Assembly (NCBI GenBank): GCA_016186915.1
Contig: JACPKU010000006.1
Location: forward strand, 80,921 to 144,920
Direction of reading: 5' to 3'
DNA from: Candidatus Doudnabacteria bacterium
GTDB lineage: Bacteria > Patescibacteriota > Doudnabacteria > UBA920 > O2-02-FULL-48-8
DNA: 64,000 nucleotides
Position 1 is the first letter of the stretch, and every line of letters begins with the position of its first letter. Shown in pieces: positions 62,370-64,000 of the stretch. Made by a program: the position numbers and the translations under genes. The notes beneath the pieces are model-generated. The model was not told the origin of the DNA. It saw nothing but the letters and a program-made list of their open reading frames with translations, and did not search any database.

Positions 62370-63707
62370 TTATTCGCTAAAACAACAGGTGCAGAACGTA
62401 CTAAAATCGTTCCCCAAGAGCTCCCTAAGCCTATCGTGCTTGAGAAAGCCCAGGCTGTCAGCGCCGAGATATCTTCCGAGCGCCTCGAGCCCTTGCTTGG
62501 TGGCGACCATTTCTGACCTGGCGAGCGGACCAGAACCGTAGAGGCAGGGAGCATTGTTCGGGGGAGAACTGATGCGAAGGTGTATTTCCCTCGCGCCTGC
62601 TTCCCTAACCATTTTAGTGACGTAGAGGCTGGTGTGCCCTCTGAGGATCCTGGTGTGCACCAGGACTACTTTCTTTCCGTTCACAATTGAACTGGCCGGG
62701 TTGAACTTTTCCCGAACAGTCAGGCTGAGAGGGTTATCCACTGGAGGAACCCCAACGCGGTTCGTCCAGTAGTGATTGCGGGTGATGCCCTGTCGAAAGG
62801 GTAGTCCGGAAACCGTTGAAAAACCAAGGGCGGGACAAAAGCCTGACTCCGGGATTGGGACGACAATGTCAGCATCTTCCGCCGGAGAGTCGTGGGCCAG
62901 ATAGCCTCCCAGTTTCGTGCGGAACTCGTCCACACTGTGGCCAAACATTATGCTGTCAGGTCTGGCGAGCGCGGTGAGTTCAGCCAAACATCGGCTTTGA
63001 CAGACTGGTGGAAATGGCTGGTGGGATGTAATCCCGTGTTCGTTGACCAGAACGACTTCGCCTGGCTCGACTTCTCGAGAAAACTCGGCTTCGATCAAAT
63101 CGAACGCGCAGGTTTCAGAGGCGGCGACAATCGCTCCGTTCGAGAGCGTACCGATGACCAGAGGCTTGTAGCCGCTGGGGTCTCGACAGAGGATCAGACC
63201 TTCTTGAGTCAGACAGGCCAAGGCATAGCCGCCTTGAAGCTTTGACAAAGCATCAACCAACGCCCCAAGGTTCGTTTTGGCTTTGGATCGTCCGTAGAGT
63301 GGGGGAATCACGTGCGTGTCGCTGGTTTCTTCTGGGAAGGATAAGCCCTCGTCCTTCAACGCCTGTTTGATGGCCTCGGCGTTGGACAAGTGTCCATCGC
63401 TAGCCACGGCGAACTGACCGTGTTGGCTGTCCGAAGCAATTGGCTGCGCGTTGAGAATGCTGATGTCTCCCCAAGTCGGCCGTCGGACTTGTCCGATCGC
63501 AACAGGAAGCTTGCTGTTGACAAGTTCCTCGCCGTTGCCGAAAACTTGAGTTATCCGGCCCATACCCTTGCTGACTCTGATTTTGTCCCGTAGGTCGCAG
63601 GTCGCGATCCCGGCACTGTCGTGCCCTCGATGCTGTTGCGCGTAGAGCATAAGATAGGTCAAATATGACGCTTCCTCGTTTCCCCAAACAGCCGCAATTG
63701 CAGACAT
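62370..63707 (-). CDS. Degenerate amidophosphoribosyltransferase (PurF) homolog
   Basis: QHRG.DSAGI, NAQP, RDP.G.KPL..G, ASETCA, ARPDS, P.PESG, GA.E.H.RISSPP, C..CF; key catalytic residues are altered. Confidence 0.85.
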   Translation of the reverse strand: MSAIAAVWGNEEASYLTYLMLYAQQHRGHDSAGIATCDLRDKIRVSKGMGRITQVFGNGEELVNSKLPVAIGQVRRPTWGDISILNAQPIASDSQHGQFAVASDGHLSNAEAIKQALKDEGLSFPEETSDTHVIPPLYGRSKAKTNLGALVDALSKLQGGYALACLTQEGLILCRDPSGYKPLVIGTLSNGAIVAASETCAFDLIEAEFSREVEPGEVVLVNEHGITSHQPFPPVCQSRCLAELTALARPDSIMFGHSVDEFRTKLGGYLAHDSPAEDADIVVPIPESGFCPALGFSTVSGLPFRQGITRNHYWTNRVGVPPVDNPLSLTVREKFNPASSIVNGKKVVLVHTRILRGHTSLYVTKMVREAGAREIHLRISSPPNNAPCLYGSGPLARSEMVATKQGLEALGRYLGADSLGFLKHDRLRELLGNDFSTFCTCCFSE

Positions 63708-63833
63708 GGTAAACACCCCGTTAGGTAAAGTTCCTCTTTTGGATTGTGTGAGAACTAGTAATTTGATTGTAGCATAGGGTTTGGGTATAATTAATTCGAG
63801 ATCAAGTTATAAACAAAGGAAACTAAAAACCAT

Positions 63834-64000
63834 ATGCAAATTCCAAAGTGGATAATTACTTGGTTGGGGGCGTTGCTGATTGCATTTGTGGGGTTATCGG
63901 TTATTAGCAAGGGTTATGAGATCGGCTCAAAGCTGAATCAACGGCCAGAAAATACTATTTCGATGTCTGCGGAGGGCCGAGTAACCGCGGTCCCAGACTT
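63834..64000 (+). CDS. SIMPL (DUF541) domain protein, 3' end outside the window
   Basis: N-terminal TM followed by TI.MS.EG.V.A.PD. Confidence 0.75.
   Translation, partial: MQIPKWIITWLGALLIAFVGLSVISKGYEIGSKLNQRPENTISMSAEGRVTAVPD

Noticed and set aside
1-64000. Alternative genetic code (TGA=Gly)
   Set aside because: Conserved genes such as rplM, secF and mnmA end in TGA at the expected C-termini and long genes have no internal TGA

Overview
Chromosomal window from a reduced-genome bacterium, most consistent with the Candidate Phyla Radiation/Patescibacteria. This is an inference from gene content, AT-rich SD-less starts of core genes and the sortase/DUF11 surface proteins. Standard genetic code. 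Housekeeping content: end of the alpha/S9 ribosomal cluster (rpsK-rpsD-rpoA-rplQ-rplM-rpsI), RNase P RNA, a glycosylation-murG-murC-ABC run, hpf, a speA/DHS-like/speB polyamine operon, secA, secDF, mnmA, hppA and tRNA-Gln(CTG). An accessory tract follows (radC-mazG-like-DUF2075, ArsR cluster, degenerate purF). The most striking locus is 8121-19665. A Com-like zinc-ribbon gene is followed by a tandem-hairpin/terminator leader, three secreted Asn-ladder repeat proteins, and a ~2,900-codon surface polyprotein. The polyprotein carries the same repeats, two internal signal peptides, DUF11 domains, an LPRTG sorting signal and an in-frame sortase with Ser in place of the catalytic Cys. This is a candidate antitermination-controlled, self-anchoring fibre system. 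The window is also rich in small non-autonomous elements: structured elements inserted exactly at start codons (secA, 41275 gene, hpf), small HTH genes bracketed by palindromic direct repeats, and 7- and 9-bp tandem arrays inside coding sequence. All family assignments come from motif recognition by eye; no database searches were run.
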